Source: Eubacteriales bacterium
GTDB taxonomy: Bacteria; Bacillota; Clostridia; Oscillospirales; CAG-272
Length of the DNA stretch: 38,091 nucleotides
Direction of reading: 5' to 3'
Assembly (NCBI GenBank): GCA_045656965.1
Contig: JAZOSE010000118.1
Location: 1 to 38,091, forward strand
The notes under the pieces are model-generated. The model was not told the DNA's origin. It made no database searches and worked only from the letters and a program-made list of their open reading frames with translations. Of this stretch, positions 26,919 through 34,932 are shown piece after piece (the first letter of the stretch is position 1; the number at the start of each line of letters is the position of its first letter). Position numbers and translations under genes: made by a program.

Positions 26919-27608
26919 ATGCAAAGACTTTTGATCGTCGATGATGAAGAGCACATTCGCAAGCTTGTCCGCAAGTATGCCGAGTTCGGTGGATACGAGG
27001 TCACCGAGGCGAAGGACGGTATGCAAGCCGTTCTTCTATGCAAAAAAGAAGGCTTTGATGCCGTAATTATGGACATTATGATGCCGGAGCTCGACGGCTT
27101 CTCCGCTTGCCGTGAGATCAGGAAATTTTCCTCTGTTCCGATCATTCTGTTAAGCGCGCGTGGCGAGGAATACGATAAGATCAACGGCTTTGAGTTTGGC
27201 GCGGATGATTACGTTGTCAAGCCTTTTTCTCCCCGCGAGCTGATGCTTCGCGTGGATGCCATTTTAAAGCGCGTAAAGCTTGGTCAGAGCACGCAGGCCA
27301 CCGAGGTGAAAAGCGAAATTTACACCTATCGCGGACTTTCAGTCGATTTTACCGCCCGCATCGTGACCATCGACGGGGAGATCGCACCGCTCTCTCCCAA
27401 GGAGTATGACCTTCTCTTTTATTTCGTTCGCAACCGCAATATCGCCCTTTCCCGCGAAAAGCTGATCTGCGAGGTATGGGGCTACGACTTCTATGGAAGC
27501 GACAGAACGCTTGACACGCACGTGAAGCTCCTTCGCAAGAGCATCGGCGCGTACAGCGACCTGATCGTAACTCTTCGAGGGGTGGGCTATCGTTTTGACG
27601 CACCGTAA
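26919..27608 (+). CDS. OmpR-family response regulator
   Basis: Receiver domain (LIVDDEE ... DIMMPELDG ... K) and winged-helix output domain (LSPKEYDLLFYF ... RTLDTHVKLLRKSIG ... VGYRF). Confidence 0.9.
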   Translation: MQRLLIVDDEEHIRKLVRKYAEFGGYEVTEAKDGMQAVLLCKKEGFDAVIMDIMMPELDGFSACREIRKFSSVPIILLSARGEEYDKINGFEFGADDYVVKPFSPRELMLRVDAILKRVKLGQSTQATEVKSEIYTYRGLSVDFTARIVTIDGEIAPLSPKEYDLLFYFVRNRNIALSREKLICEVWGYDFYGSDRTLDTHVKLLRKSIGAYSDLIVTLRGVGYRFDAP

Positions 27609-29070
27609 AAAAAGAAAAAATCGCGGCACGTTAAAGCGCTCCGTTTTCGGGGCCTTTGCCGCCTTTACCATCTTTATCATCGCGGTGCTTTGGGTCGCGC
27701 AGATATTCCTTTTCAGCGTCTTTCATTATTGGGACGTTAAAAACCGCATGGCGCAGGCAGCGTATCAGCTTTCCTACTATACCGACGGCGAGGAGCTTGA
27801 GGAAAAAATACAAGAGCTTGCTGAGCGCGAGCGCGCTTGTGTCGCCGTTTATAAAATTAACGAAGGCATTGCTACCGCCGTTGCGGACTATGAGGCGTCG
27901 CCCGTTTGCGTCGTGCACCGTTTAGACAGCGGCACGGTTTTAAAGATCGCTTCTCGCGCAGGAAATGGCGGCGACGTGTTTCAGATCCGCCTAAGCGACC
28001 TTCTGGATGAAAAAAATATGCAAAGCATCGGCGGTGAGGAGTTTGAAGGCGACCGTCTTGTCACCGCTCTTGTAACGAGTCGGGGGGAAGGTAATTACGT
28101 TCTGTTCTTGGATGCTTCACTACAGCCCGTAGAATCCACCGTCATAACGCTTCGCTATCAGCTGCTTTATATTTCCGTTGCGCTGATACTCGTTTCCTTC
28201 ATCATTTCCTTTATCCTTGCCAACTACATCTCCGCGCCGATAGAAAACATCAACAAATCGGCAAAGAGCCTTGCACAAGGCAAGTTTGAGACTGCGGGCA
28301 TCGACCGCTTCTACCGTGAGAGCGAGGAGCTTTCTGAAACGCTCAGCCAAGCGGCAGACGAGCTTTCTAAGGTTGACAGGCTCCAAAAGGAGCTGATCGC
28401 CAACATCTCGCACGACCTTCGCACACCCCTTACGATGATCATCGGCTATGGTGAGGTTATGCGTGACATTGAGGGCGAGAACACGCCCGAGAACGTACAA
28501 GTCATCATCGACGAGGCAACGAGGCTCTCCACTCTTGTCAACGATCTGCTTGAGATTTCGCGTATTCAGGGTGGAAACGCTGAAAGAAAGGACGAGGTGT
28601 TCGATCTTTCCTTTGTGATCAAGGAAACGGTAGAGCGCTACCGTCGCTTAAAGGAAAACAGCGGATTTGTCTTTGAGGATAAGATAGAAGAGCGGCTGTT
28701 TGTCAAGGCAGACAAGGTGAAGCTTTTACAGGTCGTTTGCAACCTTATCAACAACGCCATCAACTATTCCGACGAAAACAAGCACGTGACCGTCGCCTTG
28801 GAGGCACACGAGGGAAGCGTGCGTTGCGCGGTTATTGACCGCGGCTTCGGTATTGCCACGGAGGATATAGAAAACGTTTGGCAACGATACTATAAGGTCG
28901 ATAAGGTGCATAAACGAAGCATCGCAGGAAGCGGACTTGGGCTTTCTATCGTTCGCGAGATCCTTGAGCTTCACGGCGCGCGTTACGGCGTTAAGAGTAA
29001 GCTCGGAGAGGGAAGTGTTTTCTGGTTTGAGCTTCCGCTTTACCCCAAGGAAGAGGAAAGCCTCTCTTAA
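27595..29070 (+). CDS. Sensor histidine kinase (two TM segments, HAMP-like, HisKA, HATPase)
   Basis: H box ISHDLRTPLT, N box NLINNAINYS, G1 box DRGFGI and G2 box GSGLGLSIV. It overlaps the response-regulator gene by 14 nt. TTG start. Confidence 0.88.
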   Translation: MTHRKKRKNRGTLKRSVFGAFAAFTIFIIAVLWVAQIFLFSVFHYWDVKNRMAQAAYQLSYYTDGEELEEKIQELAERERACVAVYKINEGIATAVADYEASPVCVVHRLDSGTVLKIASRAGNGGDVFQIRLSDLLDEKNMQSIGGEEFEGDRLVTALVTSRGEGNYVLFLDASLQPVESTVITLRYQLLYISVALILVSFIISFILANYISAPIENINKSAKSLAQGKFETAGIDRFYRESEELSETLSQAADELSKVDRLQKELIANISHDLRTPLTMIIGYGEVMRDIEGENTPENVQVIIDEATRLSTLVNDLLEISRIQGGNAERKDEVFDLSFVIKETVERYRRLKENSGFVFEDKIEERLFVKADKVKLLQVVCNLINNAINYSDENKHVTVALEAHEGSVRCAVIDRGFGIATEDIENVWQRYYKVDKVHKRSIAGSGLGLSIVREILELHGARYGVKSKLGEGSVFWFELPLYPKEEESLS

Positions 29071-29213
29071 AGCCATATAAAAATTGTCTTTTTCACTTGT
29101 CAAAACGCATAAAATGTGTTATCATAATGGTGAAAGACACAGGTGCGGCAAGTCGGAGCGCGCTTTCGTGCGTCTCCTCTTGCCGTATTTTTATAAAAAG
29201 GACGATTTTATCT

Positions 29214-29918
29214 ATGAGAATGAGAAAGAAAAAGCACAGCGAGCAAAGGCTGGATGCCTGCCGTGCGCTATTGATCGAAAAGAAGGACCACCCCATTGTT
29301 TCCTCGGTGGAGGATTTCGGCAGAGAAACACCGCTTTCCCTTGAGATCGGATGCGGCAAGGGCGGATTTGCTTGCGGTATGGCGGCGAATTATCCCGACG
29401 TTTCCTTTTATGCGCTTGAGCGCGTAGAAAACGTAATGATCAACGCTCTTGAGCGCGCCGAGGCGGAAAGAGGCAATCGCATAAAGGATAATCTCCGTTT
29501 CATCATTGCCAACGCCGATACGTTAGAGGAATGGTTTGCCCCTGCCTCTCTTGATACCATCTATCTCAATTTCAGCGATCCGTGGCACAAGGAGCGCCAC
29601 GCAAAGCGCAGACTGACCTACCGCGCCTATCTTTTTAAATATTTTAGGCTCTTGAAGGCGGGTGGCACGATCCGCTTTAAAACCGACAACGTAAACCTCT
29701 TCAATTTTACGTTAGAGGAGCTTACCGCTTTGGGGCTTGCGCCCGATGTCCTCACGCGCGACCTTCACGCCTCGCCTTATGCGGAGGGCAACGTGATGAC
29801 GGAATACGAGAAGAATTTTTCCTCTCAGGGCTTCCCGATACATATGCTGGTCCTTTCCCGTCCCGACGACAGCATATTTGAAAAAGAAGAAAAGGTAGAA
29901 AGGAAAAGGCCTTTATGA
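29214..29918 (+). CDS. trmB: tRNA (guanine-N7)-methyltransferase
   Basis: MRMRKKKHSEQRL, LEIGCGKGGF and FSDPWHKERHAKRRL. The ORF opens at 29097, but the ATG at 29214 follows RBS AAAGGA and matches the usual TrmB N-terminus. Confidence 0.9.
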   Translation: MRMRKKKHSEQRLDACRALLIEKKDHPIVSSVEDFGRETPLSLEIGCGKGGFACGMAANYPDVSFYALERVENVMINALERAEAERGNRIKDNLRFIIANADTLEEWFAPASLDTIYLNFSDPWHKERHAKRRLTYRAYLFKYFRLLKAGGTIRFKTDNVNLFNFTLEELTALGLAPDVLTRDLHASPYAEGNVMTEYEKNFSSQGFPIHMLVLSRPDDSIFEKEEKVERKRPL

Positions 29919-30160
29919 AAAAGAGCTGTGCCTTAAAGCGCGTCGCCCGTGCGATCAAGGCTCGACCCGTGCTGGCGCTTCGCTACCGCTACACCACTGC
30001 GCTCTACTCAGGCGAAAACAAGGAGGAGCCCTCGCGCGTTACGGCGCATAAGGGCAGATTGAGGATCGATTTTCTTTCCTTGATCGCCACCTTTGTCACG
30101 GTGCGTGTTGCTATTGCGGCTTTATTTAAGTATTTAAAGAGAAAAAGAAAGAAAAAATAA
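29915..30160 (+). CDS. Small basic protein with a C-terminal hydrophobic segment, hypothetical
   Basis: The ATG overlaps the trmB stop (ATGA), suggesting translational coupling. No recognisable motifs. Confidence 0.4.
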   Translation: MKKSCALKRVARAIKARPVLALRYRYTTALYSGENKEEPSRVTAHKGRLRIDFLSLIATFVTVRVAIAALFKYLKRKRKKK

Positions 30161-30178
30161 CCCCTTTGGATATTCAAA

Positions 30179-31567
30179 ATGGAGAAACCAAACTATAAGC
30201 TTGGACACCGCTCGCGTGTGAAGGAAAACTTTTTAAGGCACGGCGCGGATGTCTTTTGTGACTATGAAATATTAGAGCTTTTGCTTTTTTTTACCATTCC
30301 CAGACGCGATACCAAGGGAATGGCGCACGCCTTAATGCGCGAGTTTTCAACCTTGGAGGCGGTGCTTAGTGCAAGCGAGGAGGAGCTTTGCAGGGTAGAC
30401 GGTATAGGACCCGGCACGGCACGCTTTTTGCGTTCGATTTTGCCCTTTGCCTCGTACGTGCTAAAGCAAGAGGCTCGTCCTCGCGCCTATAAGGAAAACA
30501 AGGACGTGTGCAAATTCTTTGAAAGCTTCTTTTCAAAAAATCCCGACGTACCGACGGCGGCACTTTTGCTTGATAACAGCTATCAGCCGTTAAGACTTGT
30601 GCGCTTTGACGAGATCTCCTCGATCGAGGGCTTTGCCAATGACGTTCCCACGCTCGTTTCTCAGGCATATAGCGTCAATGCTCCTATGATCGTTTTGGCG
30701 GGGCATTCCTTCGATCAGATCTCCTCTAACATCCGTCTTTTAAGCGACGTCGGCCACGTGCTTGAAAGAGAACTAAAGGATGCGGGTATCGTGCTTCTTG
30801 AGATCGTGCAGGTAAATAACGGGCAGGCAACCGCGCTTTTCCGTTATATGAAGGGTACGCTTTATGAGGCGGGCGCTTTGGATTTTATCCGCCATAATGA
30901 CGGTGAGCCTGTCTTCGGCGGAACGCCTGAGGCAAAGGAAAAACTAAGGGAGTTTTTATCGCTCGCTATCGGCAAGGAGCCTGCGCAAAATATGACGGAG
31001 CATCTTCTTTCCGTTTATCCCTCCATTCTGACGGCAAGCACTGTGCCATATTCGACCTTGACGGAGAGAGACGGTGTCCATAGCGGCGGGGCTCTTCTTC
31101 TCAGGCTTGCGCTTGACACCTATGCCAGAGCCAAGGAAACCAGCGCGTTAAAAAGCGGAAAGCCTATTCGCGCCGCGCGTGAGCTTGGTGAGATGTTTTC
31201 TGATGCCATCGGTCCTCGTGCGAACGAAACCATGGCGGTTGCCGCGTTAGATAGCAAAATGCGTCTTATAGCCATCAAAACCTTTGGAGAGGGTACGGTA
31301 AATACGGCAGTCTTTTCCTATCGCTCCATTTTGGAGGAGGTCGTCAGGCGCGGCGCGAGCTACGTTGCCGTTGCTCACAACCATCCGCTCGGTGTGACTG
31401 CTCCCTCGTCCATGGATTTTCAAATCACGGCGGACGCAAAGCGACTTTTTGAATGTATGAGAGTAACCTTTTTGGAGCATTTCGTCGTTACAGAGCGCGA
31501 ATTTCTCTACACCAACCGCGCGATTCCTAACACAGATGAGAATATTCCCGAAGACTTTTTTAAATAA
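30179..31567 (+). CDS. radC: RadC-family JAB/MPN protein, tandem duplicated (degenerate first JAB, intact second)
   Basis: N-terminal RadC HhH region (YEILELLLFF...EELCRVDGIGPGTARFL). The first JAB-like module lacks the HxH box (LAGHSFDQISS). The second module has the intact JAMM motif VAVAHNHPLGVTAPSSMD. Confidence 0.8.
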   Translation: MEKPNYKLGHRSRVKENFLRHGADVFCDYEILELLLFFTIPRRDTKGMAHALMREFSTLEAVLSASEEELCRVDGIGPGTARFLRSILPFASYVLKQEARPRAYKENKDVCKFFESFFSKNPDVPTAALLLDNSYQPLRLVRFDEISSIEGFANDVPTLVSQAYSVNAPMIVLAGHSFDQISSNIRLLSDVGHVLERELKDAGIVLLEIVQVNNGQATALFRYMKGTLYEAGALDFIRHNDGEPVFGGTPEAKEKLREFLSLAIGKEPAQNMTEHLLSVYPSILTASTVPYSTLTERDGVHSGGALLLRLALDTYARAKETSALKSGKPIRAARELGEMFSDAIGPRANETMAVAALDSKMRLIAIKTFGEGTVNTAVFSYRSILEEVVRRGASYVAVAHNHPLGVTAPSSMDFQITADAKRLFECMRVTFLEHFVVTEREFLYTNRAIPNTDENIPEDFFK

Positions 31568-31623
31568 AAAAGCCAAACTGTAATATACTGATAAAAGTAC
31601 CGCAAAAAAGAAAGGAAAGAATT

Positions 31624-32211
31624 ATGAATATTTGCGTATACGGCGCTTCCAGCAACGCCATTGACCCTAAATATATCAAGGCTATTGAGCTTTTGGGTGA
31701 AAAAATGGGCAAGCGCGGTCACGGACTCGTTTTCGGCGGCGGCGCATCGGGTGCTATGGGCGCGGCAGCTCGCGGCTGTTTGCGTGGCGGCTCTCCCTCT
31801 ATTCTCGGCATTGCTCCGAGCTTTTTCAAGGTTGACGGTGTGCTTTTTGAAGGCTGCACCGAGTTTATCCATACCAACACCATGCGCGAAAGAAAGCAGA
31901 TTTTAGAGGACCGCTCCGACGCCTACGTGATCGCTCCCGGTGGCATCGGCACCTACGACGAGTTCTTTGAAATGCTCACGCTCAAGCAGCTCGGAAGACA
32001 CAATAAGCCTATGGTCATCTTTAATATCGACGGCTACTACGACCTTATGCTCGCCATGCTTCGTCAAACGGCAAAGGAGGAGTTTATGAATGAGTCGACG
32101 ATGGATCTCTATAAGGTCCTTGACGACATTGACGAGATCCTTGATTATATCGAAAACTACGATGAGCCGATGCACGAGGTCTCCTTCTTCAAGAAGATAA
32201 ACGAGGGCTGA
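31624..32211 (+). CDS. LOG-family (TIGR00730, Rossmann-fold nucleotide-binding) protein
   Basis: VYGASS ... GLVFGGGASGAMG ... PGGIGTYDEFFE is the LOG signature PGGxGTxxE. Confidence 0.85.
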   Translation: MNICVYGASSNAIDPKYIKAIELLGEKMGKRGHGLVFGGGASGAMGAAARGCLRGGSPSILGIAPSFFKVDGVLFEGCTEFIHTNTMRERKQILEDRSDAYVIAPGGIGTYDEFFEMLTLKQLGRHNKPMVIFNIDGYYDLMLAMLRQTAKEEFMNESTMDLYKVLDDIDEILDYIENYDEPMHEVSFFKKINEG

Positions 32212-32224
32212 TAGCCTTTAAAGC

Positions 32225-32259
32225 AAAAATCCGATTTTCGAAAGAAAATCGGATTTTTT
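32225..32259. terminator. Bidirectional intrinsic terminator between the LOG and ARH genes
   Basis: Perfect 15-bp stem AAAAATCCGATTTTC-gaaa-GAAAATCGGATTTTT. Confidence 0.75.
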
Positions 32260-32268
32260 ATTTCGGAA

Positions 32269-33057
32269 TTATGCGGAATACTTTTTGTAGAAATCCTTAA
32301 CAACGCTCGAAAGCGGTGTATCAAGATAATGAAACGCCTTTTTCTTGATGCTTTTGGGAATGCCGTAAAACGCCTCGGCAACGCCACCTGCTATCGCCGC
32401 TACCGTGTCGCTGTCGCCACCGATGGATATAGCGGTGCGTACCGTGTCCTCATAGCTATCCGATTCAAGAAAAGCAAGCAGCGCCTCTGGCACAGAGCCC
32501 TGGCAGGTTTCATTGAAGCGGTAAAAGGGTCGGATGGCATCAATGGTGAAGGAAAGGTCGTAATACTTTTCGATAAATTTTCTTATCGTTTCCTTGCTTT
32601 CTCCGGTTTTGGCAAGGAAGATCGCCCCCGCCGTGGCGCACGCGCCCTTGATGCCCTCGGGGTGATCGTGCGTGACCTCGGCGCTTGCCTTGGCGAGCAA
32701 AAGCGTCTCATCAAGCGTTTTCGCGTACAATGCCACGGGGGAAACGCGCATCGCTGATCCGTTTCCAAAGCTTCCGTAGGGCTCCTTTTCGCCCCTAAGG
32801 AGCCAACGCCTGAATCTTCCGCCGTAGCCCGCGCGAGGATACTGTGCGCCGTACTTGTGCATAAGAGCAACGAGGCGCTCTTTGAAAAGTGAAATATCTG
32901 CGTCGCCATAGGTAAGAAGCGCCTCTGCCACCGCCACCGTCATCACCGTGTCGTCGGTGAAGATGCAATAGGGGCTGAAAAGAGGGAAGTCCTTGGTCTT
33001 GATGTTGTCGAACTCATAGATCGAGCCGATGATGTCTCCTAAAATCGCGCCTAACAT
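32269..33057 (-). CDS. ADP-ribosylglycohydrolase family protein (DraG/ARH-like)
   Basis: MLGAILGDIIGS ... GNGSAMRVSP ... GGDSDTVAAIAGGVAEAFYG. These are ARH metal-binding motifs. Confidence 0.88.
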   Translation of the reverse strand: MLGAILGDIIGSIYEFDNIKTKDFPLFSPYCIFTDDTVMTVAVAEALLTYGDADISLFKERLVALMHKYGAQYPRAGYGGRFRRWLLRGEKEPYGSFGNGSAMRVSPVALYAKTLDETLLLAKASAEVTHDHPEGIKGACATAGAIFLAKTGESKETIRKFIEKYYDLSFTIDAIRPFYRFNETCQGSVPEALLAFLESDSYEDTVRTAISIGGDSDTVAAIAGGVAEAFYGIPKSIKKKAFHYLDTPLSSVVKDFYKKYSA

Positions 33058-33060
33058 AGA

Positions 33061-33672
33061 TTAGTCCTCCTTTTTATCCGTCGTTTTTCTGTTTCTTCTG
33101 CGCACCGAGATCGCCTCGCTCATAACGCAATACGCCTCATCAATGCCCTTGTGCGATTGATCAAAGGACATCGCGCATTCGGGGGATATGCCCATATCGC
33201 CCGCCACGGTATCCACGTCAATATTCGCACCGAGGAAGATAAACTCCCAGCCAAGCTCTTTCTTTTTCTCAATCATTTTCTTTATGCTTGCGTGAGAGTA
33301 GTGACGGCTCGCGTTTTCATATCCGTCGGTGGCGATCACAAAAATAGTATGCTCGGGAACGTCGGTTTTACGCGCGTATTTATGAATGCTCTCAATGTGC
33401 TTGATCGCGCCGCCCACGGCGTCGTAAAGCGCGGTACAGCCACCCACGCAGAAATCCTTGACCGCCATAGCCTCCACCGATCCAAGAGGCGCTCTGTCGT
33501 GAAGCATGCGGCAATCCGTGTTAAAGAGGTATGTGGTAACGAACGCCGTGCCCTCCTCGCTCCTTTGCTTTTCTATCATAGAGTTGAAGCCGCCTACCGT
33601 GTCCGCCTCAAAGCCGTGCATAGAGCCACTCCTGTCCAAAATAAATACCAGCTCACTAACATTCCTTTTCAT
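33061..33672 (-). CDS. von Willebrand factor A (vWA) domain protein
   Basis: MIDAS motif LVFILDRSGSM with later T and D residues (GGCTALYDA ... VIATDGYEN). The stop codon lies 3 nt from the ARH start. Confidence 0.8.
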   Translation of the reverse strand: MKRNVSELVFILDRSGSMHGFEADTVGGFNSMIEKQRSEEGTAFVTTYLFNTDCRMLHDRAPLGSVEAMAVKDFCVGGCTALYDAVGGAIKHIESIHKYARKTDVPEHTIFVIATDGYENASRHYSHASIKKMIEKKKELGWEFIFLGANIDVDTVAGDMGISPECAMSFDQSHKGIDEAYCVMSEAISVRRRNRKTTDKKED

Positions 33673-33687
33673 TTTTATTTCTCCTTT

Positions 33688-33724
33688 TTAAAAAATATGA
33701 CCGCAAGGCTCTTGCCTTACGGTC
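33688..33724 (-). terminator. Intrinsic terminator after the macro-domain gene
   Basis: On the minus strand: an 11-bp stem (one mismatch) GACCGTAAGGC-aaga-GCCTTGCGGTC, followed by ATATTTTTT. Confidence 0.55.
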
Positions 33725-33772
33725 ACAGTATAGTATATATTTTTCCTTTTTGGGTCAATCGCTGATTTACCG

Positions 33773-34810
33773 TCACACGTGAGAGGATAAAAGCGGTTGA
33801 TCAAACTGCAAAAGTGTTTCCTCGATCTCAAAAATATCGTAAATTCTGCGTTTAAGGAAGAAGGAGATGATTAAATCGAATTTTATGCTTTTGGAAAGCG
33901 TGTAGCCAACCGTACCGAGAAGTGCTTGCGTTTCCTCAAAGGAAAGCTCAAGAGCGATCGCAAAGGAGAGAACGGTGTTTTTGCTTGGCTTATAGTCGGC
34001 GTCATTGAGAATTTTATACCAGGTCTGCTTGCTGACGTTTGCCTTTTTGTAGGTGGATACGTCGCTAAGACCCTTTTTGTCGATGAGCTTTAAAAGGGTC
34101 AGGGCAAAGCTCTGGTCTTGGCTTTTAAGGATATCGACCAAGGATTTGTCCTTGCGTCGCTCCGGGCGGGGCAAGGAGGCGCAGACTTTCCTTGATTCTA
34201 AGGGAAACGAAGCATCACACCGGCTTTTATAGCTTTCGTAATTTTCTGCCTCAATTTCCTTTGCCACGCAGTCATAGTGCTCCTCGACATAGGCGTCGTC
34301 TATGTAGGAGGCAACGTCAAAAAACAGCTTTTGGCTGATAGAATACGCCGTTTTATCAAAAACGACAAGGAATACCGTCATATCGTTTTCGAGCAGAAAA
34401 TCGCTGATCACGTCAACGGCGATCTTTAAAACGAGGTGCTTCGGGAAGCCGTAAAGACCCGAGGAAACGAGAGGAAAGGCAACGCTCTCGCACCCAAGCG
34501 CCAGAGCACGTGTCAGCGCAGAAAGATAGGTCGCGCGCAAAAGCGCCTCTTCGCCCTGTTCGCCGTCTATATAGATAGGTCCTGCCACGTGGATAACGTA
34601 CTTAGCAGAAAGGGCGTAAGCAGGCGTTTCCTTCGCTTCCGCGGGGGCTAAATGTCCGATTTTCCTACAAGCCTCTAAAAGCTTGTCCCCTGCTGCCTTG
34701 TGAATTGCGGCATCCGTTCCGCCCGAGGGAAAAAGAGCCTCGTTCGTGGGGTTAACGATCGCGTCGGCTACGACCTTTGTAATATCCTCTCTGATGATCT
34801 TTAACGGCAT
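33773..34810 (-). CDS. Macro-domain (MacroD/YmdB-like ADP-ribose-binding/hydrolase) protein fused to a C-terminal HTH-like domain
   Basis: MPLKIIREDITKVVADAIVNPTNEAL..GGTDAAIHKAAG ... VIHVAGP ... SVAFPLVSSGLYGFP. The C-terminus has GLSDVSTYKKANVSKQTWYKILN. I prefer the ATG at 34810 (RBS AAAGGATGG) over the ORF opening at 34900. Confidence 0.85.
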   Translation of the reverse strand: MPLKIIREDITKVVADAIVNPTNEALFPSGGTDAAIHKAAGDKLLEACRKIGHLAPAEAKETPAYALSAKYVIHVAGPIYIDGEQGEEALLRATYLSALTRALALGCESVAFPLVSSGLYGFPKHLVLKIAVDVISDFLLENDMTVFLVVFDKTAYSISQKLFFDVASYIDDAYVEEHYDCVAKEIEAENYESYKSRCDASFPLESRKVCASLPRPERRKDKSLVDILKSQDQSFALTLLKLIDKKGLSDVSTYKKANVSKQTWYKILNDADYKPSKNTVLSFAIALELSFEETQALLGTVGYTLSKSIKFDLIISFFLKRRIYDIFEIEETLLQFDQPLLSSHV

Positions 34811-34932
34811 AGCGGTTCCATCCTTTGGTTTTATGCTTCTATTATAACACGCTTTTTTCCGTTTGGCAACCCTTGCTTTTTCTTCTTTTTTATGGTACAA
34901 TATAGCGAGAAAAAGAGAAGGGAGGCGCTACC

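Noticed and set aside
33725-33758. Possible promoter (minus strand TTGACC-17-TACTAT) for the vWA-ARH pair, placed just upstream of the macro-gene terminator hairpin. This would make the hairpin a leader or attenuator.
   Set aside because: The predicted start would fall at the first base of the hairpin, so transcripts would begin with a terminator. More likely the hexamers are fortuitous in AT-rich DNA, or read-through supplies the downstream genes. 5'-end mapping is needed.
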